NCBI GenBank assembly: GCA_964574495.1
Contig: CAZNNT010000001.1
Coordinates: 5,194-69,193, forward strand
Reading direction: 5' to 3'
Length of the DNA stretch: 64,000 bases
From: an uncultured Candidatus Saccharibacteria bacterium
GTDB taxonomy: Bacteria > Patescibacteriota > Minisyncoccia > HO2-45-28
Both the position numbers and the translations under genes were made by a program. Below, piece after piece: positions 17,629 to 26,269 of this stretch. The notes below the pieces were generated by a model. It was not told where the DNA came from, ran no database searches, and worked only from the letters and a program-made list of their open reading frames with translations. The stretch's first letter is position 1, and each line of letters starts with the position of its first letter.

Positions 17629-18279
17629 TTAATAAGATATTTTTAAAATCCCCACCTCCTTTGCCACCTCATCAAGCATCCTGGAAGAAATTAGGTCAAA
17701 TTTTTTTCTACCATCATCCCTATCTTTTAAAATGTCCGTCAAATCAAAAATGCAATTTATAGAATATTCACACAAACCCCACTCTCCTCTTATACCATCT
17801 TCAGGAATATCTTCTGAATTGATCTGTACAATGCCACCAAAAAAAGTATTGTTCAGTAAAGAGTTTAAAATCCATTCAACAAGAACGATTTTAATTTTTG
17901 AGGGATGAACTACCAAACCAATTTCTTCCTCCATCTCCCTTGCCATTGCGTTTTTTGCTAGATCTTTTGAAAAACAAATGAGCGGATCTTCAGAAATCCT
18001 TCCACCCGCCGGCTCAATTGTCTCACTTTCAACTGCAACCCTAAACTGTTTAACCATTACTATCTTCCACCTATTATCAAAAGGATCGTGAAAATAAGGA
18101 ACAACCACGCAACCATCAGCCCCATAAGCAACGCCGCGACTAGAAATGAATGTTCTTTTTAAAGTGCCGGAATTTACTTCAACCGTCATTTGGGGCCATC
18201 TATAAGTTATAAATTTATCTTGAAACCCAGGCTTATTGGAACACAAAGTTGTTTCTCCAACCTTCCTAAAACTACCCAT
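17629..18279 (-). CDS. NUDIX hydrolase (ADP-sugar/nucleotide-sugar pyrophosphatase-like)
   Basis: Nudix box PAGGRISEDPLICFSKDLAKNAMAREMEEEIG. Confidence 0.7.
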   Translation of the reverse strand: MGSFRKVGETTLCSNKPGFQDKFITYRWPQMTVEVNSGTLKRTFISSRGVAYGADGCVVVPYFHDPFDNRWKIVMVKQFRVAVESETIEPAGGRISEDPLICFSKDLAKNAMAREMEEEIGLVVHPSKIKIVLVEWILNSLLNNTFFGGIVQINSEDIPEDGIRGEWGLCEYSINCIFDLTDILKDRDDGRKKFDLISSRMLDEVAKEVGILKISY

Positions 18280-18336
18280 TCCACATCCTCCCCTTATTTA
18301 GGCAGCAAAGAGCTCCTATAAGCATAGCACTTTTTT

Positions 18337-19863
18337 CTATTCAAGCAAGTAGCCGATTCTGCCGAATAGTTCTTCGCGCTCAACCGAGTTTTTGTTGCCG
18401 ACAATATCCACCGCGATTGACGCGGCAACGCTTCCCACAAACGAGGTTAAATCAATATCAAATCCCGCCGCGACGCACGGCGCGGAAATGCACAAAAAGG
18501 CATCACCAGCTCCAACGGCGTCAGTAATTCTGCCCGCAAGCGAGGGAATTCTTTTTATTTTTCCGTTTTTATCGCGAGCTATAAGGCCGAGGTGGCCCAA
18601 AGTTACAACCATCTGCTTTGGAGATATCTTTTCAAAAAGTTTCTCGGCAACTCTTTCAACGGGTGAATAATCGTCGTGCGCCGCGAGCCGCGCCTCCAAT
18701 TCATCCATAGAGACATAATCGGCTTTTGAATATTTCGTAATATAGTTAAAACCGGCATTTCCGCTGTTTGTCTGCGCGGTTGCCGCAAGAAATTTGGACT
18801 TAGACAAAATAAGTTTTATTAAATCGGGCGAGAATAAGCCGTGTCCGTAGTCCACCGCCACAACCAAATCAAAGTCGGCTATTTTATTTGAGAGATAACT
18901 TTTTATTTTATCTTTTACCGAGGCCGGGATGAACCCCTTGTCAAACTCGTATTCTTCAAAAAATTTCACAAAAGAACCCTCGTCAAGAAAACGCCTCTTG
19001 ACGATTGAGCGTTGGTTGGGATAAGAAAAAATTTTTGTTTTTATGTTCGGCTTCAACCTTTTAAGCGCGTTCTTTTCGGAACTGCCGTCTCCAAACATTG
19101 TTACCAGCTCAACATTTCCGCAAACAGAAGCAAGGTGGTTGGCGCACGCCAAAATGCCGCCGGCGAATTCTTCTTTTTTCTTGAAGTGAGTGCTTACAAC
19201 ATGCGATTTTGCCGGTTTGCCCAAAGGGGAAACATACCTGTATTCGTCTATTATGGACTCTCCGATTACCAGCGCTTTTATTTTCTTTAATTTTTCCAAA
19301 TTCATTAAAATATCCGCGACATTGTATTTTTTCTTAAAATTGGAAAGGAAGGCGGTTGCCTCGTCCGGCACCGCTCCAAAATGCTTGTTCAAAATGTTTT
19401 CTGAAGGAATTTGCAGGGTTTTGGTAAAAACCATTTTCCCGCCAAAACCCTCAACTATTCTCTTATCCAAACCAACGCCGCTTTCGGGAGTAGTAAGCTG
19501 TGATTTGGAATCGGCGCCTTTAACATAAATATCGGGCCGCAGTTTTTTAATAATTTCCCACGGGCCGAAGTCATTGCAAAAAACGGCGTAATCAACGCAG
19601 TCCAATAAGGCGATTGAATTGGCTCGCACAATTTCGTTAAAAACCGGGCGCTTCAATCCTTTGCGGACAAAGTCATCCGAAATAATTGAGACAATTAAAA
19701 TATCTCCCAGTTTTTTGGCATTAGCCAGATAATGAAGATGGCCGTGATGGAACAAATCAAAAGCGCCGTGAGCCAAAACAATTTTTTTGCCCGCGTCTTT
19801 ATATTTGCGAATAAGCGGCTTTAGATTTTCTATGTTTTTAATCTTTGAATTAAATTCGGGCAT
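18337..19863 (-). CDS. Bifunctional sugar-phosphate nucleotidyltransferase (N-terminal) / PfkB-family sugar kinase (C-terminal); HldE-like with inverted domain order
   Basis: The N-terminus has IVLAHGAFDLFHHGH (HxGH). The C-terminal ~330 aa are a ribokinase/PfkB fold with the DAVGAGDAF anion-hole motif. Confidence 0.7.
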   Translation of the reverse strand: MPEFNSKIKNIENLKPLIRKYKDAGKKIVLAHGAFDLFHHGHLHYLANAKKLGDILIVSIISDDFVRKGLKRPVFNEIVRANSIALLDCVDYAVFCNDFGPWEIIKKLRPDIYVKGADSKSQLTTPESGVGLDKRIVEGFGGKMVFTKTLQIPSENILNKHFGAVPDEATAFLSNFKKKYNVADILMNLEKLKKIKALVIGESIIDEYRYVSPLGKPAKSHVVSTHFKKKEEFAGGILACANHLASVCGNVELVTMFGDGSSEKNALKRLKPNIKTKIFSYPNQRSIVKRRFLDEGSFVKFFEEYEFDKGFIPASVKDKIKSYLSNKIADFDLVVAVDYGHGLFSPDLIKLILSKSKFLAATAQTNSGNAGFNYITKYSKADYVSMDELEARLAAHDDYSPVERVAEKLFEKISPKQMVVTLGHLGLIARDKNGKIKRIPSLAGRITDAVGAGDAFLCISAPCVAAGFDIDLTSFVGSVAASIAVDIVGNKNSVEREELFGRIGYLLE

Positions 19864-19975
19864 AAATTAAATAAATACGGTTAAAATAAAAATACCGCAT
19901 ATTTAATCTATCATGAAATCTTTTCACAAATCAATATTAACAAAATGTCAATTTTATGACCTTATATAAAAGAGA

Positions 19976-20007
19976 AAGCCGTCCCTTTGGGACGGCTTTA
20001 TTTTCTT
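19976..20007 (-). terminator. Rho-independent terminator downstream of the E1-beta gene
   Basis: AGCCGTCCC-TTT-GGGACGGCT stem-loop flanked by T-rich runs on both strands. Confidence 0.65.
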
Positions 20008-20013
20008 AATTCC

Positions 20014-20994
20014 TTAGCGGTTGGCGGCAAGCCGGAACGCCCGCGTCGCGATATCCGAAGAGCTCGGATGGTAATTTCCAACAAGATATTTGCTCGCGGG
20101 GCAAGGCCAGCCCGGAAGGCCGATGCGCGCCGGCGGAGCTTTCAACTTATCAAGAGCGCCTCTTTCCAAAACCGCGCAAATGACCTCGCTTGAAACCCCG
20201 AATTCCTTCCAGCCGATATCAACTACGAGCAGTCGCCCCGTTTTATGCGCTGATTCCGCAATCGTATCAATATCCAGAGGCCTGACCCAGCGCAAATCTA
20301 TCACTTCGGCCGAGACGCCTTTTTCTTTAAGAATTTCGGCCGCCTTAAGCGCGTCTTTAACAGCAACGGACAAGGCGACGATCGTCACATCGTCTCCCTC
20401 CGCAACAACGCTGGCGCCGAACGGAGCCCGATAATACGCTTCCGGCACAAATCCCTCTTCATCAAGAAGCAGACAGTGCTCCAAAATGATTACCGGCTCA
20501 TCGTCGCTAATAGCCGTTATAATCATCCCTTTGGCATCGGCCGGGGTTGCCGGCATTCCGACTTTAACTCCCGGAAAATGGGCAAAGATTGCCTGCAAAC
20601 TCTGCGAATGCTGAACTCCTTCCCCGGTTTTTCGGGCGATGAAGCTCAAAATGGCAATCGGAATTTTATGCTTTCCGCCGGAAGCAAAGCCGAGTTTGGC
20701 CGCCTGGTTAAACATCTGATCCATAGCCAGAAGCATAAAATCGTTACGCTGGTGAATTAAAACCGGCCGAAGGCCGTTTAAAGCCGCGCCAATCGCAATG
20801 CCGGTCAAACCGTTTTCGGAAAGAGGCGTATCAACCACCCTATGCTCTCCGAACCTTTTGAAAGCCGGCAGCACTTGTCCGTAAACGCCCCGAATTCCAT
20901 CAACTCCCTCGCCCATCAAAAAGACGTTTTCATCTCTTTCCATAGACATAAGGAGCCCCGAAGAGGCCGCTTCTTTATAGGTCATTTTAGCCAT
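20014..20994 (-). CDS. Thiamine-diphosphate-dependent E1 component beta subunit (pyruvate/acetoin dehydrogenase E1-beta, transketolase-like)
   Basis: Start MAKMTYKEAASSGL chosen; it overlaps the E1-alpha stop by 8 nt. Typical E1-beta/transketolase pyrimidine-binding and C-terminal domains (GEGVDGIRGVYG, PIAILSFIARKTGEGVQHSQS, EVIDLRWVRPLD). Confidence 0.8.
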   Translation of the reverse strand: MAKMTYKEAASSGLLMSMERDENVFLMGEGVDGIRGVYGQVLPAFKRFGEHRVVDTPLSENGLTGIAIGAALNGLRPVLIHQRNDFMLLAMDQMFNQAAKLGFASGGKHKIPIAILSFIARKTGEGVQHSQSLQAIFAHFPGVKVGMPATPADAKGMIITAISDDEPVIILEHCLLLDEEGFVPEAYYRAPFGASVVAEGDDVTIVALSVAVKDALKAAEILKEKGVSAEVIDLRWVRPLDIDTIAESAHKTGRLLVVDIGWKEFGVSSEVICAVLERGALDKLKAPPARIGLPGWPCPASKYLVGNYHPSSSDIATRAFRLAANR

Positions 20995-21958
20995 GGCGCT
21001 TGCCACAAACATCCGGCGGCGACGGTTCTGGGCTTCCCAAAGCAAATTTCTCCGCACGATTGATCTCGTCATTGATTTCGGCCTCCATGTCCCGCGTCTC
21101 TTTTTCTGAAAAAGCGCCGCTATGCATTTTTAAAGGATCTCGAGCCAGCCATTTTTCGCCTTCCTCACGGCTTCTATACCCCAAGTCCCAGTCCTCGCCA
21201 ACGCCCCAATGCTCTTTCGAACGGTAAGTACAAATTTCCAAAAAAGCCGGAGCGCGTCCTCTGGCGCGCGCCGCCAGTTCTTGTGCCGCTTTGTAAACGG
21301 CCAAGACATTATTTCCGTCTTCTTCTCCGACTCTCAAAGCCATGATGCCGTGCGGCCGCACCCGCTCAATGATTGAGGCGTACGGCTGACGTTTTAATAT
21401 CGGCGAGTGGGTCGCGTAAAGATTGTTTTCGCAAACAAACAATACCGGCAGGCGATGAACGGAAGCAAAATTCAAACTTTCCCAAAAAATCCCTTCTTCC
21501 ACCGCGCCGTCGCCAAAAAAGGCCGCCGCGATTTTATCTTCTTTTTTGATTTTAAAAGCAAGGGCAATGCCCACGGCAATCGCGATACTCGCGCCGACTA
21601 TGGGGGCCGCGACCGTAAAACCCGCTTCGTCATCGGTCAGATGCATCGTTCCGCCGTATCCTCCGGCGCAGCCGGTAGCGCGTCCGCAAAGTTCGGCTAG
21701 CATGTTGGCCAAATCGCCGCCTTTGGCGAGGTAATGCCCGTGGCAGCGATGAGTTGAGACAACTTTATCCTGTTTATCCAGTACGCTCATCACGCCCACG
21801 GCGGCCGCTTCCTGACCGATGGAAAGGTGCACCGGAGCTATAATATGTCCGGATTTAAAAAGTTCGGTTATTTTCTCTTCAGCTCTTCGTATGCGAAGCA
21901 TCCGGTAAAAAAGGACTTTTAGAATTTCTTTCGGCATTACATGACTCTCCTTTTTCAA
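20987..21958 (-). CDS. Thiamine-diphosphate-dependent E1 component alpha subunit (pyruvate/acetoin dehydrogenase E1-alpha)
   Basis: TPP-binding motif GDGAVEEGIFWESLNFASVHRLPVLFVCENNLYA; upstream HRCHGHYLAKGG and GGYGGTMH. SD AAAGGAGAG precedes the ATG. Confidence 0.85.
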   Translation of the reverse strand: MKKESHVMPKEILKVLFYRMLRIRRAEEKITELFKSGHIIAPVHLSIGQEAAAVGVMSVLDKQDKVVSTHRCHGHYLAKGGDLANMLAELCGRATGCAGGYGGTMHLTDDEAGFTVAAPIVGASIAIAVGIALAFKIKKEDKIAAAFFGDGAVEEGIFWESLNFASVHRLPVLFVCENNLYATHSPILKRQPYASIIERVRPHGIMALRVGEEDGNNVLAVYKAAQELAARARGRAPAFLEICTYRSKEHWGVGEDWDLGYRSREEGEKWLARDPLKMHSGAFSEKETRDMEAEINDEINRAEKFALGSPEPSPPDVCGKRHG

Positions 21959-21974
21959 GCTAATCTTGCCTTAA

Positions 21975-22010
21975 AATAATAAAAAAGGGCAGCCAAGTCA
22001 ATGGCTGCCG
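21975..22010 (-). terminator. Rho-independent terminator downstream of the DegT gene
   Basis: Minus-strand read GGCAGCC-ATTGACTT-GGCTGCC followed by CTTTTTTATTATTTT. Confidence 0.7.
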
Positions 22011-22020
22011 CGCGCAAAAT

Positions 22021-23154
22021 TTATTTCTGCATATTTACAAAATCGGCGATGCATTCGGCAACATAGACAATCTGAGCTTTAGTCAAATACTGATGCACCG
22101 GCAGGGTAAGGATTTCAAACGACTGGCGCTCGCAATTCGGAAAATCCCCGAGCTTATAACCAAGATGGCCTGCCGCTTCCTGCAGGTGAATAGGTATCGG
22201 GTAATGCACCTTAGTATCAATACCGCGCTCTTCTAAAAGAAACTTTTGCAGCTCATCGCGTTTGCCGTCAAGAACCCTGATTACATAAGTGTGATAAACT
22301 TGCTTTTTGTTCGCGGGCCTCGGGGGCAAAACAACATGTGGATGAAACGGCTTGAGCAGCTCATCATAAAGCGCGGCGTTGGCAATTCTTTTTTCGGTAA
22401 TATCCTCGGCATGTCCCACGAGACAATTTAAAACGGCGGCCGCGGTTGAATGCATTCGCTCGTTTACGGAAAAAAATTCAACCTCATCACGGTTTTTCAT
22501 GCCGTGATTGCGCCATTTGGCGACCTTATCCGCGAGCCATTTGTGGTCGGTTACAACCGCTCCGGCATCGCCCCATCCGTTAAGATTTTTCAGCGGGTGG
22601 AAACTGAACTCTCCGGCGATACCGAGATGGCCGACTCTTTTTCCGTCAACTTCGGCGCAAACCGCCTGAGCCGCGTCCTCAACGACATAAAGATTCCGCC
22701 TTTCGGCAATATTGTTGATCGCGGTCATGTCGGCCGGACAACCGGTCAAATGCACGGGAAGAATTGCTTTTGTGCGCCCGGTTATCGCTTTCTCAATCTT
22801 GCTGACGTCAATTTGATACTGCTCGTCAACATCCACAAAAACAACTCTTGCTTTGACCAAATCAATGGCCGCCGCGGTTGCGATAAAACTATTGGGAACG
22901 GTAATCACCTCATCTCCCGGGCCGATTTCAAGCGCCTCTAAAATAGCGATAAGAGCGGCCGTGCCTGAGTTTAAGCCAATGGCGTATTTCGCGCGGCATA
23001 GCGCGGCAAATTTTTCTTCAAACTCGCCAACCGAACGGCCTAAAGTGAAATCGCCTCTTTTGGCTACTTTATCAATGGCCGCAAGAATTTCTGCTCTTTT
23101 CTCCTTACAAAACTGAGTCGTCAGATACGAATACGGGACTTTTATTTTACTCAT
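22021..23154 (-). CDS. DegT/DnrJ/EryC1/StrS-family PLP-dependent sugar aminotransferase
   Basis: N-terminal LGRSVGEFEEKFAALC, a glycine-rich SGTAALIAILEAL segment and a DAAQA-type site; 377 aa. Confidence 0.85.
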   Translation of the reverse strand: MSKIKVPYSYLTTQFCKEKRAEILAAIDKVAKRGDFTLGRSVGEFEEKFAALCRAKYAIGLNSGTAALIAILEALEIGPGDEVITVPNSFIATAAAIDLVKARVVFVDVDEQYQIDVSKIEKAITGRTKAILPVHLTGCPADMTAINNIAERRNLYVVEDAAQAVCAEVDGKRVGHLGIAGEFSFHPLKNLNGWGDAGAVVTDHKWLADKVAKWRNHGMKNRDEVEFFSVNERMHSTAAAVLNCLVGHAEDITEKRIANAALYDELLKPFHPHVVLPPRPANKKQVYHTYVIRVLDGKRDELQKFLLEERGIDTKVHYPIPIHLQEAAGHLGYKLGDFPNCERQSFEILTLPVHQYLTKAQIVYVAECIADFVNMQK

Positions 23155-24185
23155 ACTTTTCCCTCCAGGATTAGATTTTTCATCACCGCGATATTGCGGT
23201 ATTTCGGGTTTTCCGGATCGGGAATGCGCCCGTCAAAAAACGCCCGGCATAAATTGTGAATGGCTGATTTGATTCCGAATTCCGGCAGCCAGCCAAGCTC
23301 CCGCTTGATTTTTTCAGAGGAAATGTGATAAGAACGCAAATCGTTTGTCGAAACAACTTCAATCTCAACAGTTCCTCTGCCGGTATATCTTTGCACGATT
23401 TCTTTGACCGTTTCGGCTATTTGCATGACGGTAAAATTATCAAAGCCGGCGTTATAAACCTTTCCGCCGATTATTTCACGCGGCTCGCTGACCAATCGCG
23501 CGTAAAGGTTGGCCATATCCTCAATATGGATATTCGGCCTTTTCTGCTCCCCGCCAGAAACCTTAATTTTATTTTCGGTCAAAGCCGAAATCGTCAGATC
23601 GTTAACCACGACATCCAGACGCAGGCGCGGCGACCAGCCGCAAACGGTTGCCGGACGCAAAATCACCCATTCTATTCTATCCTGCGGAATCATTTGCAAT
23701 TCCATCTCGCAAAACGCTTTGAATTTGGAATAATCGGTTATCGGCTCAAGCGCCAAATCCTCCGTAACTTCAACATCTCCCTTAACCCCGTAAACGCTGG
23801 AAGACGAGGCGTAAATAAAACGCCTGACTTTTGCCGCAAGCGCGGCGTCCAAAACCCGCCGGAAAGCGTCATAGTTTATGGAACGCCCAAGTCGGCGATC
23901 AAGCTCAAAGCTCGGATCATTTGAAAGGCAGGCCAGATGAATAACCGCGTCGCAATCGAACATCAAATTTTGCAAGTCGCAATTTCGGATATCTCCTTTA
24001 AAAAGCTGGAGAGAACTATCGGTGTCATACGGACCTATCGGCCTTGTCAAACCGTTAAAAACGTTTTCACCGAACCAAAAAGTGTCAATTACGCTTACAG
24101 GATAATGAAGAGCCAAAAGTTTTGGCACAAGAGCGCTGCCGACATAGCCGGCTCCGCCGGTAATTAAGACCCTTTTTCTTTCCAC
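23151..24185 (-). CDS. NAD-dependent epimerase/dehydratase (extended SDR)
   Basis: TGGAGYVGS Rossmann motif, a catalytic SSS...YxxxK region (YSKFKAF), 344 aa. A 4-nt overlap with the downstream DegT gene suggests an operon. Confidence 0.8.
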   Translation of the reverse strand: MERKRVLITGGAGYVGSALVPKLLALHYPVSVIDTFWFGENVFNGLTRPIGPYDTDSSLQLFKGDIRNCDLQNLMFDCDAVIHLACLSNDPSFELDRRLGRSINYDAFRRVLDAALAAKVRRFIYASSSSVYGVKGDVEVTEDLALEPITDYSKFKAFCEMELQMIPQDRIEWVILRPATVCGWSPRLRLDVVVNDLTISALTENKIKVSGGEQKRPNIHIEDMANLYARLVSEPREIIGGKVYNAGFDNFTVMQIAETVKEIVQRYTGRGTVEIEVVSTNDLRSYHISSEKIKRELGWLPEFGIKSAIHNLCRAFFDGRIPDPENPKYRNIAVMKNLILEGKV

Positions 24186-24325
24186 TGCCGTGTCCTCCTT
24201 TATTTTTAGTGAACGAACCCGAAATCAGGTTAGCAAAAAACCGCCCCCATATCAAGAGGCGGCAATTCAAAATATTATTAATCGTTTTTCACCAAATATC
24301 AGAATATCTAAAAAATCAGCTTGAT

Positions 24326-24913
24326 TTATTCGCCTCTAAATTTGTCAACAAAATCCAAAATCCAATTGCATATGAAAAGATGCGCGCTTTCCACGTGGCG
24401 GTATGAATCGGACGGAATGTAAAAATTAATATCGCCCAGTTTCCGCAAAGGATTGTCCTGGCCGAATCCCGACATGGTTACGACGCCCGCGCCCTTGCCC
24501 CGCATTGCGCCAACGGCGTTGATAATGTTTTGCGACTTGCCGGAGCTGGATATGGCAATTAAAAGGTCTTTTTTTGTTCCCAGAATTTTAAGGGGCTGGG
24601 AAAAAATATTTTCATACCCGACATCATTTCCCATACAGGTAAGCAAAGAATGTTCCGTTGGCGAAAAAGCCGCGATGCCGTGCGTCCGCATAAAATCTGT
24701 CGCTTGATGGCTCGCAATGGCGGCGCTTCCGCCGTTGCCAACGAACACAATCCGCCCCCCTTCTTTATTTGCCTGCAAAATTGACTTAATAGAGCCCTTG
24801 ACCGCATCAGCCAGATCCATATCAAAGCCACTCTTGTCCGTTGTTTTAACGCTTCGTAAACACTCTGCGAATCCATCCAGGTATGAGTGCAAATCCTTTT
24901 TACTAAAATCCAT
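24326..24913 (-). CDS. gmhA: SIS-domain sedoheptulose-7-phosphate isomerase (phosphoheptose isomerase)
   Basis: GGRIVFVGNGGSAAIASH SIS motif about 40 aa from the chosen start (MDFSKKDL). About 195 aa. A second SIS-typical ISSSGKSQNIINA segment is present. The longer track ORF would overlap the GT2 gene. Confidence 0.7.
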   Translation of the reverse strand: MDFSKKDLHSYLDGFAECLRSVKTTDKSGFDMDLADAVKGSIKSILQANKEGGRIVFVGNGGSAAIASHQATDFMRTHGIAAFSPTEHSLLTCMGNDVGYENIFSQPLKILGTKKDLLIAISSSGKSQNIINAVGAMRGKGAGVVTMSGFGQDNPLRKLGDINFYIPSDSYRHVESAHLFICNWILDFVDKFRGE

Positions 24914-24924
24914 AATATAAATAA

Positions 24925-25683
24925 TTAAACCGTCGTCCCCGGCTTTTTGTTTCCTGATTTCGAGGGAAAATATACGCGAAAAAATAGTTTTCTCGCAGTG
25001 CCGGCAATTTCCAAAACATTTTTCCATTTTAAAAGTCGTGATTTTCTCAAACCCATTTTTCCATAACCTTGTTCTCTTATATACATCGGCACCTCAATAT
25101 AAGAAGCATTCTTAATTTTAAGCAACTGCACCAATATCTCCATCATAAAAGACGGGCCGTTGCTTGACATCGCGACATTTTCCAAAAGAGGCCTTCTAAA
25201 AAAACATGTTCCGTTAAAATATTTAAGATTGGCGCCGAACATTATATTAAATATCGCGGTGTATGCTAAAGAAAGAATCCTTCGCGAGAACGGCCTAACC
25301 TGCGGGTTTGCGGTATAAGGAATAATAATATCTTTTTGACCGATTTGGCTAAAAATATTATCCATAGTTTCCGAAAGAGTCTCATTGTCCCCCGGAAAAT
25401 ACCCAACATAATTTTTTGAGGATTCTAAAACTCCGCGCCGAAAACAATATCCGATTCCTTGATTTGGATTATTGCGGATTTTCAAAATTCGGCTGTCTTT
25501 GGCGCATAGGCCATCCATAATTTCGCCGGTTCTGTCTTTACTGCCGTCATCAATTAAAATAATTTCAAAGTCGTCAAAACCGTTTTTTTTAAGATGTTCC
25601 GTAACCATGTTCACGGTATCCGGCACATTTTTTTCTTCATTGAGCGCGGGAATAATAACCGATATTGAGGGCTTCAGAGCCAT
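24925..25683 (-). CDS. Family 2 glycosyltransferase (polyprenyl-phosphate sugar transferase/DPM1-like)
   Basis: VIIPALNEE and IILIDDGSKD (DxD context) are typical of GT2_2 enzymes; 252 aa. Confidence 0.75.
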   Translation of the reverse strand: MALKPSISVIIPALNEEKNVPDTVNMVTEHLKKNGFDDFEIILIDDGSKDRTGEIMDGLCAKDSRILKIRNNPNQGIGYCFRRGVLESSKNYVGYFPGDNETLSETMDNIFSQIGQKDIIIPYTANPQVRPFSRRILSLAYTAIFNIMFGANLKYFNGTCFFRRPLLENVAMSSNGPSFMMEILVQLLKIKNASYIEVPMYIREQGYGKMGLRKSRLLKWKNVLEIAGTARKLFFRVYFPSKSGNKKPGTTV

Positions 25684-25689
25684 AAATAA

Positions 25690-26178
25690 TTATTTATTCT
25701 CCAAAATCCGGTTAATAATATCCGTTGTGGATAATTTTTCATCTTTGGTGTATAAAATTTCTCCGCCTATAGAACGCATCGCTTCTCTTTCTACCGCTAT
25801 GCCCGGCGTATCTTTATTTATATAATCCGGCCCCTTAATGTAATAATCGGGCTTAAAAATTTTTATTAACTCAACGGCCGTTTTGTAAGGGCTTACCATC
25901 GTAAAATCCACTGCTTTGATATTTGATACCATATAAGCTCTTTGCTCTTCATTAAAAATGGGTCTATAAGGGCCTTTTCTTTTATTTACAAATTTATCGC
26001 AGGTAACGGCCGCCACCAAAACATCGCAAAGTTTTTTTGCCGAATTAAAGTGCATTATATGCCCCGCGTGCAGCAGGTCATAGCCGCCGCAGCATAAACC
26101 CACGGTTTTGCCCTCTTTTTTTAAATTTCCGATAACTTTTTTTAATTCCTGGAGCTTGAGTGAGCCCAAAAATTTCAT
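25690..26178 (-). CDS. HIGH-motif nucleotidyltransferase (RfaE domain II/cytidylyltransferase-like), third paralog
   Basis: VGLCCGGYDLLHAGH signature; 162 aa. Confidence 0.7.
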   Translation of the reverse strand: MKFLGSLKLQELKKVIGNLKKEGKTVGLCCGGYDLLHAGHIMHFNSAKKLCDVLVAAVTCDKFVNKRKGPYRPIFNEEQRAYMVSNIKAVDFTMVSPYKTAVELIKIFKPDYYIKGPDYINKDTPGIAVEREAMRSIGGEILYTKDEKLSTTDIINRILENK

Positions 26179-26231
26179 ATAGATATAATACGGTTTTTCT
26201 TAAAAAACGCAAGAAACAGCTTAATAAAAAA

Positions 26232-26269
26232 ACACCCGTGATAAAAACGGGTGTTCCTTTTTTTATTTT
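26232..26269 (-). terminator. Rho-independent terminator (bidirectional)
   Basis: ACACCCGT-GATAAAA-ACGGGTGT flanked by A6 upstream and TCCTTTTTTTATTTT downstream. Confidence 0.75.

Noticed and set aside
22450-23924. Plus-strand ORFs of 163 and 199 aa opposite the DegT and epimerase genes
   Set aside because: They are antisense to strongly supported enzyme genes, with no motifs or RBS.
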